DNA of 64,000 nt from contig OY282355.1 in the NCBI GenBank assembly GCA_958295525.1, forward strand, positions 485,763 to 549,762, read 5' to 3'. This document shows positions 48,454 through 58,187 of the stretch, one piece after another; the stretch's first letter is position 1, and each line of letters starts with the position of its first letter. Below the pieces are notes generated by a model that saw only the letters and a list, made by a program, of their open reading frames with translations, was not told the origin of the DNA and searched no databases. This stretch comes from an uncultured Dehalococcoidia bacterium (GTDB lineage Bacteria > Chloroflexota > Dehalococcoidia > Lucifugimonadales > Australimonadaceae). A program made the translations under genes and the position numbers.

Positions 48454-49509
48454 ATGTTCGCGGGAGGAAGACAACGAGCGCGGCGCGGGACGGCGCGTTT
48501 CCGCATCGCGCCGCCTGTTGCGGTCGCAGGCGCGGTCGCGCTGGCGCTTGCGGCTATCGGATGCGGCGCCGCGGCCGAGGATGAGGGCGCGGACGGACGA
48601 TTGCGCGTCGTGACGTCGGTGTCGCCGATTACGAGTTTGACGGAGAGCGTCGGCGGAGACCGCATTCGGCTGCAGGGAATCGTGCCGGAGGGCGCGGACT
48701 CGCATACGTTCGAGCCTCCCCCCTCCGCGGCGCTCGCGCTGGCGGAGGCCGACCTCATCGTGCTGAACGGCCTGTTCCTGGAAGAGCCCGCGCTGGAGAT
48801 GGCGCGAGCGAGCAAGAAGGAGGGCGCGGTCATTCTGCTGCTGGGCGACCGGACGGTCACGCGGGGCGAGTGGGTGTTCGACGCGTCGTTCCCCGAGTCG
48901 GCGGGGCGTCCGAACCCGCACTTGTGGACGAGTCCGCCGCTCGCGCTGCGTTACGCGGCGTTGATCCACGGCGAACTGGCCGCGCTGGACGCCGCGAACG
49001 CCGGCTACTACGCGGCGAATTACGAGCGCCTGCGCGAGCGGCTGGAGGAACTCGACCGGCGCATCGCCTCGGCGATGGCGACGATTCCGCCGGCGAACCG
49101 CAAGTTGCTCACCTACCACGATTCGTTCCCCTACTTCGCGCAACGCTACGGCATGGAGATCATCGCGGCGGTTCAGCCCTCCGACTTCACGGAGCCGTCG
49201 GCGCGGAGCGTCGCCGCGCTCATCGAGCAGGTTCGGGAAACGGGCGTTCCTGCGGTCTTCGGCTCCGAGGCGTTTCCGAACGCGGTGATGGAGCGCGTCG
49301 CGGAGGAAGGCGGAGCGCAGTTCGTAGACGGATTGCGCGACGACGACCTGCCCGGGGAGCCGGGCGGCCCGCGCCACTCGTACACTGGGCTGATGCTGGC
49401 GAATATGGAGGCGATGGTTCCGGCGCTGGGCGGAAGCGCGGACGCGCTGGCCGGACTCGACGCGGGCTCCGGCCTCCAAATTCCAAGCGGCGCGGCGTAT
49501 CCGCAGTAG
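48454..49509 (+). CDS. Zn/Mn ABC transporter substrate-binding lipoprotein
   Basis: DSHTFEP, NPHLW and YHDSFPYFA motifs. Confidence 0.88.
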   Translation: MFAGGRQRARRGTARFRIAPPVAVAGAVALALAAIGCGAAAEDEGADGRLRVVTSVSPITSLTESVGGDRIRLQGIVPEGADSHTFEPPPSAALALAEADLIVLNGLFLEEPALEMARASKKEGAVILLLGDRTVTRGEWVFDASFPESAGRPNPHLWTSPPLALRYAALIHGELAALDAANAGYYAANYERLRERLEELDRRIASAMATIPPANRKLLTYHDSFPYFAQRYGMEIIAAVQPSDFTEPSARSVAALIEQVRETGVPAVFGSEAFPNAVMERVAEEGGAQFVDGLRDDDLPGEPGGPRHSYTGLMLANMEAMVPALGGSADALAGLDAGSGLQIPSGAAYPQ

Positions 49510-49512
49510 CGG

Positions 49513-50367
49513 ATGCTGCACCCGTCGCCGCATCAGCCGCAGGGAGGCGCTCCGGTCGTGGAGTTGCGCGGCGCCGCGTGCGGGTACGACGGGTCGCCGC
49601 CCGTGCTGAGCGGCCTGGAGTTGACGGTGGAGCGCGGGGGCTTCGTGGGATTGCTCGGCCCGAGCGGCGCAGGCAAGACGACGCTGCTGCGGACGCTCCT
49701 CGGCGCGGCGCGCCTGTTCGAAGGCGAGGCGCTCGTCGAGGGGCGCTCCGTTCGAGAGCGAAAGCCCCGCGTGGGCTACGTTCCGCAACTGGAGGCGATT
49801 GACTGGCGGTTTCCCGTCACCGTCGAGCAAGTCGCTCTAATGGGGCGGGCGGCGGAGAATTGGGCGTTCCCGTGGCATCGCAAGAGCGATAAGCAAGCGG
49901 CGTTCGGAATGATGGAGCGGCTGGGAATCGCGGGGCTCGCCAAGCGGCACATCCGCGAGTTGTCGGGCGGGCAGCAGCAGCGCGTGTTCCTGGCGCGGGC
50001 GCTGGCGAGCAGTCCGCGGCTGCTGCTTCTGGACGAGCCGGTGATGGGCGTGGACATCAAAACGCGGGACGACGCGCTGCACCTGCTGCACGATCTGAAT
50101 CATCAGGGCGTCACCATCATTATGACGACGCACGAGATCAACGCAGTGGCGGCGCATCTGCCGCGGGTGGTTTGCCTCAACGAAAGCGTCGTCGCGGACG
50201 GGCCGCCGAGGGAGGCGCTGACGCCCGCGACGCTGAAGCGCACCTACGGAGCCGACTTGCGCGTGATAGAGCACGAGGGAATGACGCTGGTCACAGAGTC
50301 GCCGCATCGCTTCGGCGCGGCGGCGCATTCCCGTCGGAACGGAGGCGGGGATGCTGGAGCCGTTTGA
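49513..50367 (+). CDS. Zn/Mn ABC transporter ATPase
   Basis: GPSGAGKTT, GYVPQ, LSGGQQQRVFLARAL and LDEP motifs. Confidence 0.9.
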   Translation: MLHPSPHQPQGGAPVVELRGAACGYDGSPPVLSGLELTVERGGFVGLLGPSGAGKTTLLRTLLGAARLFEGEALVEGRSVRERKPRVGYVPQLEAIDWRFPVTVEQVALMGRAAENWAFPWHRKSDKQAAFGMMERLGIAGLAKRHIRELSGGQQQRVFLARALASSPRLLLLDEPVMGVDIKTRDDALHLLHDLNHQGVTIIMTTHEINAVAAHLPRVVCLNESVVADGPPREALTPATLKRTYGADLRVIEHEGMTLVTESPHRFGAAAHSRRNGGGDAGAV

Positions 50368-51193
50368 GTACGATTTCTTCGTTCGCGGAGCGGCCGCGGC
50401 GACGCTGGCGGGGGGGCTGTGCGGACTGATCGGCGTGTACGTCGTGCTGCGGCGAATGGCCTACGTGGGGCACGGCCTGTCGCACGCGATCTTCGGCGGC
50501 GCGGTCGTCAGTTACGCGCTGTCGGTCAACTTCTTCCTGGGCGCGAGCGCGTGGGGATTCGCGTCGGCGATGCTGATCAACCTCGCGGCGCGAAAGCGCA
50601 AGATCGGCGAGGATGCGGCGATAGGCGTCGTGACGACGGCGAGTTTCGCGCTGGGCGTGGCGATCATCAGCCGCTTCCAAACCTTCACGCGCAGTTTCGA
50701 CGCGGCGCTGTTCGGCAACATCCTTGCGGTCGGCGGGGGCGACGTTCTGGCGATTGCGGCGGTGAGCGCGGCGGCCGCGGTCGGCGTGTTCGTGGGCTAC
50801 AAGCGCATTCTCTTCACGACGTTCGACCCGGAGACGGCAGGGTTCTACGGCGTCCCGACGGCGTGGGTGGACGCGCTGTTCTCGCTGACGCTCGCCGCCG
50901 TGATCGTAGTATCGCTGCAAACGCTGGGGGTTACGATGATCGCGGCGGCCATCGTGATTCCGCCGGTTACGGCGCGGCTGCTCACCAACGATTTCAACCG
51001 GATGACGCTGCTCTCCACGGGAATCGGAGCGGGGTGCGGACTGGGCGGCGTCTACGCGAGTTGGCATCTGGACATCGCGTCGGGGCCGTCGGTCGTGCTG
51101 GTGTCGGCGAGCGCGTTTCTGGCGGCGCTGGCGTGGAGCGCGCTGCGCGACAAACTCGCCGCCTCCGCTTGGCGGTCGCGCGACCGGACGTAG
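50351..51193 (+). CDS. Zn/Mn ABC transporter permease
   Basis: VVLRRMAYVGHGLSHA, EDAAIG and LFGNIL motifs. Confidence 0.9.
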   Translation: MLEPFEYDFFVRGAAAATLAGGLCGLIGVYVVLRRMAYVGHGLSHAIFGGAVVSYALSVNFFLGASAWGFASAMLINLAARKRKIGEDAAIGVVTTASFALGVAIISRFQTFTRSFDAALFGNILAVGGGDVLAIAAVSAAAAVGVFVGYKRILFTTFDPETAGFYGVPTAWVDALFSLTLAAVIVVSLQTLGVTMIAAAIVIPPVTARLLTNDFNRMTLLSTGIGAGCGLGGVYASWHLDIASGPSVVLVSASAFLAALAWSALRDKLAASAWRSRDRT

Positions 51194-51353
51194 AACGCCC
51201 CGCCGTTGCGCCGCATTCCCGCCATAGACGGGAATCCGCTGGGAGCGTTCGCGGCGAACGCCCGAGACCAGCGAATGGACAATGGAGCGCGCGGTTGCCA
51301 TCTCCGGCGATTCGGGTAGAATGCGCGCACACTGGACAGCGGAGGCGCGGCGT

Positions 51354-52508
51354 ATGACGACGGCAGACCTGCGGGAAGCGGAAATCCCCGAGAAGATGGA
51401 TATGTGGGAGGCGGGCGACCCCTACTTCGACTGGATCGAGCGCGAGGGGGTCAAGCGCATCGTCGAGTACAAGTTCGAAGACCTCAACGAGGTTGACCTC
51501 GGCGACTGGGAGCGCAAGGGCGGCAAGGGCGCCGTCATCAACATTCCGAACCCGCAACTCCCCAACGACGCCCACCTGGTCGAGATCAAGCCCGGCGGGA
51601 AGTCGGAGCCCGAGTCGCATATGTACGAGGAGGTGATGTACGTCGTCTCCGGCCGGGGCGCGACGAGCGTTTGGCTGGAGGAAGGCCAGAAGGCGACGTT
51701 CGAGTGGGCGGCGGGCAGCCTGCTGGTGATTCCGCTCAACGCCTGCTACCAGCACTTCAACGGGAGCGGGACGGAGCCCGCGCGGTACGTTTCGATGACG
51801 AACGCGCCGCCGGTGATGCGGATGTTCCGCAATCACGACTTCGTCTTCGGCAACTCGTTCCGGTTCATGGACAGGTTCTCCGGGGAAGACGAGGACTTCT
51901 TCAACGGGCAGGGCACGCTCTACCAGCGGAAGGGGACGAAGTTCGGGACGATGTGGAAGACGAACTTCGTGCCGAACGCGGACGTGATGCGGCTGTGGAA
52001 GTACCGCGACCGGGGCGCGGGCGGGATCAACACGCACTTCGACCTCGCGGGCAACGTCACGGGGGCGCATATCTCCGAGTTTCCCGTCGGCACGTACAAG
52101 AAGGGGCACCGGCACGGGCCGGGCGCGCACCTCGTGATTCTCGGCGGCGTCGGCTTCTCCGCGCTCTGGTGGGACAACGAGAAGAAGAACTACGAGGTCG
52201 CGCCGTGGAAGAAGGGCGGAATGGTGATCGTTCCTGCGGAGGCGACGTTCCACCAGCACTTCAACACGGGATCGGAGCCCGCGCGGTATCTCGCGCTCCG
52301 CAGCGGCGACGGCCAGCCGAGCCAGTGGGGCGAGTCCAACGTCAGCATCAAGGAAGGCGGGATGCAGATCGAGTACGAGGACGAGGATCCGGGGATTCAC
52401 CGCATCTTCGAGTCGGAACTCGCCAAGCACGGCGCGCCTTGCCGGATGAAGGCGTTCATCCCTCACTGCACCGGCGAGGTCGGGCCGACGAACGAGCGGG
52501 ACACATAG
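51354..52508 (+). CDS. Bicupin protein
   Basis: HMYEE, KKGHRHGPGAH, HQHFN and GGMQIEYEDEDP motifs. Confidence 0.78.
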   Translation: MTTADLREAEIPEKMDMWEAGDPYFDWIEREGVKRIVEYKFEDLNEVDLGDWERKGGKGAVINIPNPQLPNDAHLVEIKPGGKSEPESHMYEEVMYVVSGRGATSVWLEEGQKATFEWAAGSLLVIPLNACYQHFNGSGTEPARYVSMTNAPPVMRMFRNHDFVFGNSFRFMDRFSGEDEDFFNGQGTLYQRKGTKFGTMWKTNFVPNADVMRLWKYRDRGAGGINTHFDLAGNVTGAHISEFPVGTYKKGHRHGPGAHLVILGGVGFSALWWDNEKKNYEVAPWKKGGMVIVPAEATFHQHFNTGSEPARYLALRSGDGQPSQWGESNVSIKEGGMQIEYEDEDPGIHRIFESELAKHGAPCRMKAFIPHCTGEVGPTNERDT

Positions 52509-52547
52509 GCCCCGCGGCGGCGCCGCCCGTTCTTCCCGCCGCCTCCG

Positions 52548-54842
52548 ATGCGTTACGCTGCGCGGGGTTCAGGGTTGCGGGCGGCGCTTGCGCCGCACTG
52601 GGGCGCGCTCCTCGCGCTCGCGCTGTTCTTGGCGGCGGGGCTCGCCGTCCTCGACGACTACGGGGTTACGGTGGACGAGCGGGCGCAGAGAAGCCACGCA
52701 ATAGCGACTCTCGCGCATTTGCAAGGAGACGCCGACGCGCTGCCCCCCGGCCACGACAAATTCTACGGGATGGCGTTCGAGTTACCGCTTCTGCTCGTTG
52801 AGCGCGCTTTCGGACTGCAGGACACCCGAGAGATTTACCTCTCCCGCCATTTGCTAACCCACTTGGTCTTTCTGTCCGGGGGGCTGTTCGCCTACCTCCT
52901 CGCGCGGCGGCTGTTCGCCGACAGAATTCTCGCGCTCTTCGCGATGCTCTTTTTCCTCTTGCACCCACGCCTATACGCGCACTCGTTGCCCGGCAGCATA
53001 GACATTCCGTTTCTCGTGCTGTTCATCATCGCGCTCTACCTGGCGCATCGGGCGTTCCGAAGAGACAGGATTTCCACGTTCGTTCTGCTGGGCGCCGGAG
53101 TTGGGGCGCTCGTCAATCTCCGCATTATGGGGGTCGTCTTGCTCGCGGCGATTCCCGCGATGCGGGCGCTCGACTTCGCGTTCGTGCAAGGGTGGGCGGA
53201 GCGCAAGCGCATCGTCTTGACGACGGGGGCGTTCGCGCTGGCTGGCGGCCTCACGGCCTACGTTCTATTGCCGTACCTCTGGGGCGACCCGGCCGGACGC
53301 TCCGTTGAATGGTGGACAACGCTCTCCAATCATCCACATAAGATACTCGAGTTATTCCGGGGGATGCTGTATGAGAGCGCGCGCGTTCCGGCGGACTACA
53401 TTCCGGTTTGGTTCTCCATTACGAGCCCGCCGTTCGTGCTGCTGCTGGGCGTGATTGGCGCCGCCGCGGTCATCGCGGGATGCGTTAGGGCGCCCGTTCG
53501 GGCGCTTCGGAACACGCGCCTGCGCTTCGGCTTGCTGACGGCTGGTTGCTTCACTTTGCCTATCCTCGCCGTGATTCTGCTGGACGCCAACGTCTACGAC
53601 GGATGGCGGCAGATGTACTTTCTCTGGGCGCCGTTTTCGCTGTTGGGCGTGTTTGGGCTGCGACGGCTCGTCTCAACGCTCGGGCAAGCGCGGCTGCGGG
53701 CGGCGGTCTACGGGGCGGCGGGGGCGGGATTGATCGCAACGCTCGTTTCAATGGCGTTGATTCATCCGAATCAGCATATCTCCTTCAACTTTTTCGTGGA
53801 CAGGACAACCCCGGAACATCTCGGCGCCCAGTACAGGATGGAGCACTGGAAGCGCACGTCGCGGCAAGCGCTCGAATGGTTGCTTGAGCGAAACGCATCC
53901 TCTCCGGTGAAGGTGAATCCGTCCGACTTCGGCAGCATGGCGGGACGCAACGCGCGGATTCTGCCCGAAGCCGCTAGTGACCGCGTGTTCACCGCGACGG
54001 ACGCCAAGGCGCTCACTTTAGCATACGGGCCTGCGGCGGACGAGGAGCGAGCGCTCTACGCGCTGAAAGTCTACGGCAGCACGGCCGCGTCCCTCTCTGA
54101 GAAAGCCGATCTGCGGGCAGCCTACGCCGCCGCCAAGACGAGCGAACCGATACTCCGCTCCGTGTTCGACGTCCACCACGTGAACGGCGCGCTCGTCTAC
54201 GTCAAGGAGCCTTGCGGCGAGGCCGATGCAACTGGCCGCTTCCAGTTGTGGGTCGTTCCTGAGCAGGAGTCCGATCTAACCGGCGTATGGGCGCGGCTCG
54301 GATACGAGGACCGCGATTTCCTCTTTTCCGGGCACGGCGCGGTTTTCGACGGGAAGTGCGTCGCTTCCGTTCCTCTGCCTTCCTACGCCGTCGCCTCCGT
54401 CCGGTTGGGGCAATGGCCGCCGTGGTCGATGGGCGTCGAGACGCCGTTATGGGGGTCCGACGCCGTGTTGGATCCGGACGCGTGGAGGGCGGCGCATCAG
54501 GCCGCCGTTTCCGGAGAGCCGCTGGCGCGCTCGGTGTTCGATCTGTATCTCGACGACGGCGAGGTTGTCTACGTGAAAGAGCCGTGCGGGCAAGCGGACA
54601 CAGAGACGCGATTCTTCCTGCACGTCGTTCCTGAGCGGGTGGAGGATTTGCCGAGAGAGCGTCGGGGTCACGGCTTCGATAATCTGGACTTCTCTTTCTT
54701 CCTGCGCGGCGGGCATTTCGACGGCAAGTGCCTGGCTCGCGTCCCGCTCCCCGGCTACGCCATCGCGTCCATCCGAACGGGGCAGTTCGTCGGCGGGGAA
54801 GGGGAATTGTGGCGGGAGGAATTCGCGGTCACTGGCGGATAA
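52548..54842 (+). CDS. GT-C (ArnT/PMT-like) membrane glycosyltransferase with two C-terminal repeats
   Basis: DYGVTVDE motif, multi-TM core, two repeats RSVFD....VYVKEPC...F.GKC. Confidence 0.72.
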   Translation: MRYAARGSGLRAALAPHWGALLALALFLAAGLAVLDDYGVTVDERAQRSHAIATLAHLQGDADALPPGHDKFYGMAFELPLLLVERAFGLQDTREIYLSRHLLTHLVFLSGGLFAYLLARRLFADRILALFAMLFFLLHPRLYAHSLPGSIDIPFLVLFIIALYLAHRAFRRDRISTFVLLGAGVGALVNLRIMGVVLLAAIPAMRALDFAFVQGWAERKRIVLTTGAFALAGGLTAYVLLPYLWGDPAGRSVEWWTTLSNHPHKILELFRGMLYESARVPADYIPVWFSITSPPFVLLLGVIGAAAVIAGCVRAPVRALRNTRLRFGLLTAGCFTLPILAVILLDANVYDGWRQMYFLWAPFSLLGVFGLRRLVSTLGQARLRAAVYGAAGAGLIATLVSMALIHPNQHISFNFFVDRTTPEHLGAQYRMEHWKRTSRQALEWLLERNASSPVKVNPSDFGSMAGRNARILPEAASDRVFTATDAKALTLAYGPAADEERALYALKVYGSTAASLSEKADLRAAYAAAKTSEPILRSVFDVHHVNGALVYVKEPCGEADATGRFQLWVVPEQESDLTGVWARLGYEDRDFLFSGHGAVFDGKCVASVPLPSYAVASVRLGQWPPWSMGVETPLWGSDAVLDPDAWRAAHQAAVSGEPLARSVFDLYLDDGEVVYVKEPCGQADTETRFFLHVVPERVEDLPRERRGHGFDNLDFSFFLRGGHFDGKCLARVPLPGYAIASIRTGQFVGGEGELWREEFAVTGG

Positions 54843-54859
54843 AGCGCGGCGCTCCGGCG

Positions 54860-55045
54860 TCAGGAGGGATAGCCTGGCGGGAGAAGGTTAGGGATGCCGC
54901 CGCGAATGGGGTAGGCCGCGCCGCAGGAGCCGCAGGCGAGCGTTCCCGCGATGACCTCGCCATCGTCAGCGGCCTGCTCAACGGCGAGCGTGAGCGGCGC
55001 GTTGTCCACCGGGCAAGCGAAGATGTCCGCGAGTTCAGGCTGCAT
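54860..55045 (-). CDS. Trm112-like protein
   Basis: IFACPVD...L.C..C...YPIRGGIPNLL. Confidence 0.85.
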   Translation of the reverse strand: MQPELADIFACPVDNAPLTLAVEQAADDGEVIAGTLACGSCGAAYPIRGGIPNLLPPGYPS

Positions 55046-55062
55046 TAGGGGTTCTCCGCTCC

Positions 55063-55521
55063 TTAGGTCTCGACCACGCGCAGAAGGTCGGACGCCAGAA
55101 ATATGATAACGCCCAAGACGACGATCATATTGACGTGGCCGAGCGCGCGGGCAATCGCGCGAATGCGTCCGGCGGGTTGGGCGGCGGCTTCGAGCAGCCG
55201 TTTGCGGCGGCTGATTGCGATGAAGAACATCCACGCGGAGAGCGCGACCTTGACGGCGATGAGGGCGACGTAGCGAGGCGCGACGGACGGCTCGGAGACG
55301 CTGGCGAAGAAGAGCGCCGCGCCGCTCACGGCGATGACCCACATTGCGAGGACGGCGGCCTTGCCGAAGCGCTCGCCGATGGCGCGGGCGTGCTCGGCGG
55401 ACAGCGCTCCGCTGCGGACGTTGGGGCGGACGGCGAGCCAGTAGAAGATTCCCCCGCCGACCCATACGACGGCGGCAAGCGTGTGCGCCCAACGGATAGC
55501 GAGGAGAACGGCGTCGGCCAT
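55063..55521 (-). CDS. CopD-like/DUF4149 4-TM membrane protein
   Basis: RWAHTLAAVVWVGG, SG and VKVAL motifs. Confidence 0.65.
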   Translation of the reverse strand: MADAVLLAIRWAHTLAAVVWVGGGIFYWLAVRPNVRSGALSAEHARAIGERFGKAAVLAMWVIAVSGAALFFASVSEPSVAPRYVALIAVKVALSAWMFFIAISRRKRLLEAAAQPAGRIRAIARALGHVNMIVVLGVIIFLASDLLRVVET

Positions 55522-55584
55522 AGGAGAATAGTAGGCGAGCGCAGGCGGTTCGGCAATGCGCGGGGCGGCGGGACGCAGTCTACT

Positions 55585-55768
55585 TGGAGACGGGGCTGCG
55601 CCCCGCCCGGGGTTCCTGAATTGGAGAGACGATGCGCGTTGCGCCCTGCCCGGCGCTTTGCGCGTCTCTAGGATTCCCGCCTGCGCGGGAATGACGGAAT
55701 GGGGGGCGATGCGCTGCGCGGGGAGGGCGGGGCGAGGGGGCGAGGCTCCCGCCTGCGCGGGAACGACG
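55585..55768 (+). repeat. Degenerate composite element plus palindromic units
   Basis: TTGGAGA...GCGCGTTGCGC...GATTCCCGCCTGCGCGGGAATGACG. Confidence 0.75.
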
Positions 55769-55785
55769 ATGCTAAACTCCCTCCT

Positions 55786-56892
55786 ATGGCTACTCTCGCG
55801 GATTTGCAACGCTGGCTCGACAATCCGCTGCCCGCTGAGGCGGCGGAGCGCGCGCTGCTGTCGGGCTCGATGGGCGAGTCGCCGTCGAAGTACTCGCGCA
55901 GCCCTGCGATGTGGAACGCGGCGTTCCGCGACGTTGGCCTCGACGCGGCGCACGCGCCGTTCGACGTCCGTCCGGAGCATCTCGCGGGGTTCGTCGAGGC
56001 CGCGCGCGCGCTCCCCGGCTTTATGGGGTCGAACGTCACCGTGCCGCACAAGTTGGCGATTATGCCGCTGCTCGACGAGATAGACCCCATCGCGCGGGAG
56101 ATCGGCGCGGTCAATACGTTTCTGCTCGCGGAGGACGGGAGGCTCATCGGGTTCAACACGGACGCCGACGGCCTGATCGCAAGCATGCTGCGTCCGCTGC
56201 CCGGCAAGGCCGAGCCGTTCCTGCCGTCGCTCGATGGACGCGACGTTCTGCTGCTGGGGGCGGGAGGCGCGGGGCGCGCGGCGGCGTTCGCGCTCGCCCG
56301 CGAGATCGGAGGCGGGTCGCTGCTGCTGACGAACCGCTCGCCGGAGCGTGCGGCGGACCTCGCGGCGCAGGCGGCGGCCGCTACGGGCGCGAGCGTGTCG
56401 GCGGTCGGTCAGGAGGAAGTGCTGGCCGCCGCGCTGCGGATGGACGTCATCGTCAACGCATCCACGGTCGGGCAGTCCGGCGTCCGGCGGCTGGGCGGAG
56501 GCGAGGCGACGTCGCTCGAGGCGTTTTCGTCGCTTGCGCCCGCGTCGCCCGCCGTCGTCGCCGACGATGGGGACGAGGCGGCGTTTCGGCGCGAGTGGTT
56601 CGCGCAATCGGCGGACGCCGTCGCCGAAAACAACGCGCGCTCGGCGGAGACCATCGCGTCGTGCAAGCCGGAGGCGGCGTTCGTAGACGCCGTGTACTCG
56701 CCGGACGAGACCGTTCTGCTGCGGCAGGCGCGCCTCTCCGGGCGCAAGACGCTGAACGGCAAGGGGATGCTCGTGATGCAGGCGGCGTTTTCGTTCGTTC
56801 ACCGGATGACGCGCCGCCATCTGCAAGCCGCCGGCCTCGACCCCGACGCGCTCTACGACCGCGTGGTGGCGGTGATGGCGGAGGCGTTCTAG
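55786..56892 (+). CDS. aroE: Shikimate dehydrogenase
   Basis: SRSP, NVTVPHK, GAVNT, NTD, LGAGGAGRA and GMLVMQA motifs. Confidence 0.88.
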   Translation: MATLADLQRWLDNPLPAEAAERALLSGSMGESPSKYSRSPAMWNAAFRDVGLDAAHAPFDVRPEHLAGFVEAARALPGFMGSNVTVPHKLAIMPLLDEIDPIAREIGAVNTFLLAEDGRLIGFNTDADGLIASMLRPLPGKAEPFLPSLDGRDVLLLGAGGAGRAAAFALAREIGGGSLLLTNRSPERAADLAAQAAAATGASVSAVGQEEVLAAALRMDVIVNASTVGQSGVRRLGGGEATSLEAFSSLAPASPAVVADDGDEAAFRREWFAQSADAVAENNARSAETIASCKPEAAFVDAVYSPDETVLLRQARLSGRKTLNGKGMLVMQAAFSFVHRMTRRHLQAAGLDPDALYDRVVAVMAEAF

Positions 56893-56959
56893 CCGCGCTC
56901 GCCAGCGCCTCTTGGGTTCCCGGCTAGGAGGGAAAATCCCGGCAAGTCGCGCAAGACGC

Positions 56960-56995
56960 TTGACCCTCGCGGCCAGTATGTGATAATCATAACAA
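56960..56995 (+). promoter_or_regulatory. cta operon promoter with Rex/CRP-like operator
   Basis: TTGACC -35; ATGTGA-TAATCA-TAACAA overlapping the -10 region. Confidence 0.55.
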
Positions 56996-57023
56996 TCGCG
57001 CCTTTCGCCGGCGCAGACCTGCC

Positions 57024-58154
57024 GTGACAATCAACATTCGCACAGACAGCGCCGCGCCCCGAACGGGCCGCGCCCCAACCTCGCTCCGGTTCGCCGCAGC
57101 CGCGCTCGCCGCCGTTGCGCTCGCCGCGCTCCTCGCCGCGTGCGACACGCCGCAGACGACGTTCGAGCCGCGCTCCGACGCCGCCCAGCGCGTCCACACC
57201 ATCTACATCTTCGTCATCGTCGCCGCCAGCATCGTGGGCTTCCTGGTTCTCGCGGCGATGGCGTACATCCTCGTCAAGTACCGCGAGCGCCCAGGGCGCG
57301 TCCCCCAGCAGATCCACGGGAACAACACCCTGGAGATCACGTGGACGGTCGTCCCCATCCTCATCCTCGTCGCCATCGCCGTCCCCACCATCATCTGGAT
57401 CGCCGGAACGACGCAGCCGGCCGACGACGACGCGCTTCACGTGACCGCCGTCGGCCATCAGTGGTGGTTCGAGTTCCGCTACCCCGGGCTCGGCCCGGAC
57501 GGCGGCGACCTCGTGACCGCCAACGAACTCCGCATCCCCGTGGGCAGGCAGGTCGCCATCACGCTGGAGGCGAAAGACGTCATTCACTCGTTCTGGGTTC
57601 CGCGCCTCGTCGGCAAAACGGATATGGTGCCGAACCGGGTGAACCAACTGGAGAAATTCAAGGCGACGGAGATCGGCGAGTTCTACGGGCAATGCGCGGA
57701 GTTCTGCGGATCCGCCCACGCGCTGATGCGCTTCCGCGTCCACGTGGACTCGCACGCCGACTTCGACCGATGGGTCGCCAGCATGAACGCTCCGCCGGAG
57801 GCGCCTGCGGTGGGCAGCGCGGAGGAAGGCGGATTGCGCGTGTTCCGCGCCCAGTGCGCCACTTGCCACACGATTCAGGGCGTCTCGGAGGGCGCCGACG
57901 GCCCGAATCTCACGCTCTTCGGCGACCGCGCGACCGTCGGCGCGGGCATCCTCCCAAGCACGACGGCGAACGTGAAGGAGTGGGTGTCCGACGTCCGCGC
58001 CCTCAAGCCGATTCCGGACCCCCGCGAGGTTCCTATCGAAGGCGTGTCGCGCGTGATGCCCACCTTCTACGTCGAAGACCCGGACAAAGACCTCCTCACG
58101 GAGGCGCAGGTGGACCAGGTGACGGCCTACCTGCAGAGCCTCCGGTTGCGGTAG
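57024..58154 (+). CDS. ctaC: Cytochrome c oxidase subunit II with fused cytochrome c (caa3-type)
   Basis: Lipobox LAAC, DVIHSF, CAEFCGSAHALM (CuA) and CATCH motifs. Confidence 0.93.
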   Translation: MTINIRTDSAAPRTGRAPTSLRFAAAALAAVALAALLAACDTPQTTFEPRSDAAQRVHTIYIFVIVAASIVGFLVLAAMAYILVKYRERPGRVPQQIHGNNTLEITWTVVPILILVAIAVPTIIWIAGTTQPADDDALHVTAVGHQWWFEFRYPGLGPDGGDLVTANELRIPVGRQVAITLEAKDVIHSFWVPRLVGKTDMVPNRVNQLEKFKATEIGEFYGQCAEFCGSAHALMRFRVHVDSHADFDRWVASMNAPPEAPAVGSAEEGGLRVFRAQCATCHTIQGVSEGADGPNLTLFGDRATVGAGILPSTTANVKEWVSDVRALKPIPDPREVPIEGVSRVMPTFYVEDPDKDLLTEAQVDQVTAYLQSLRLR

Positions 58155-58187
58155 CCTAGTAGAGAAGCAGGAAGAAGGCGGAAGGCG

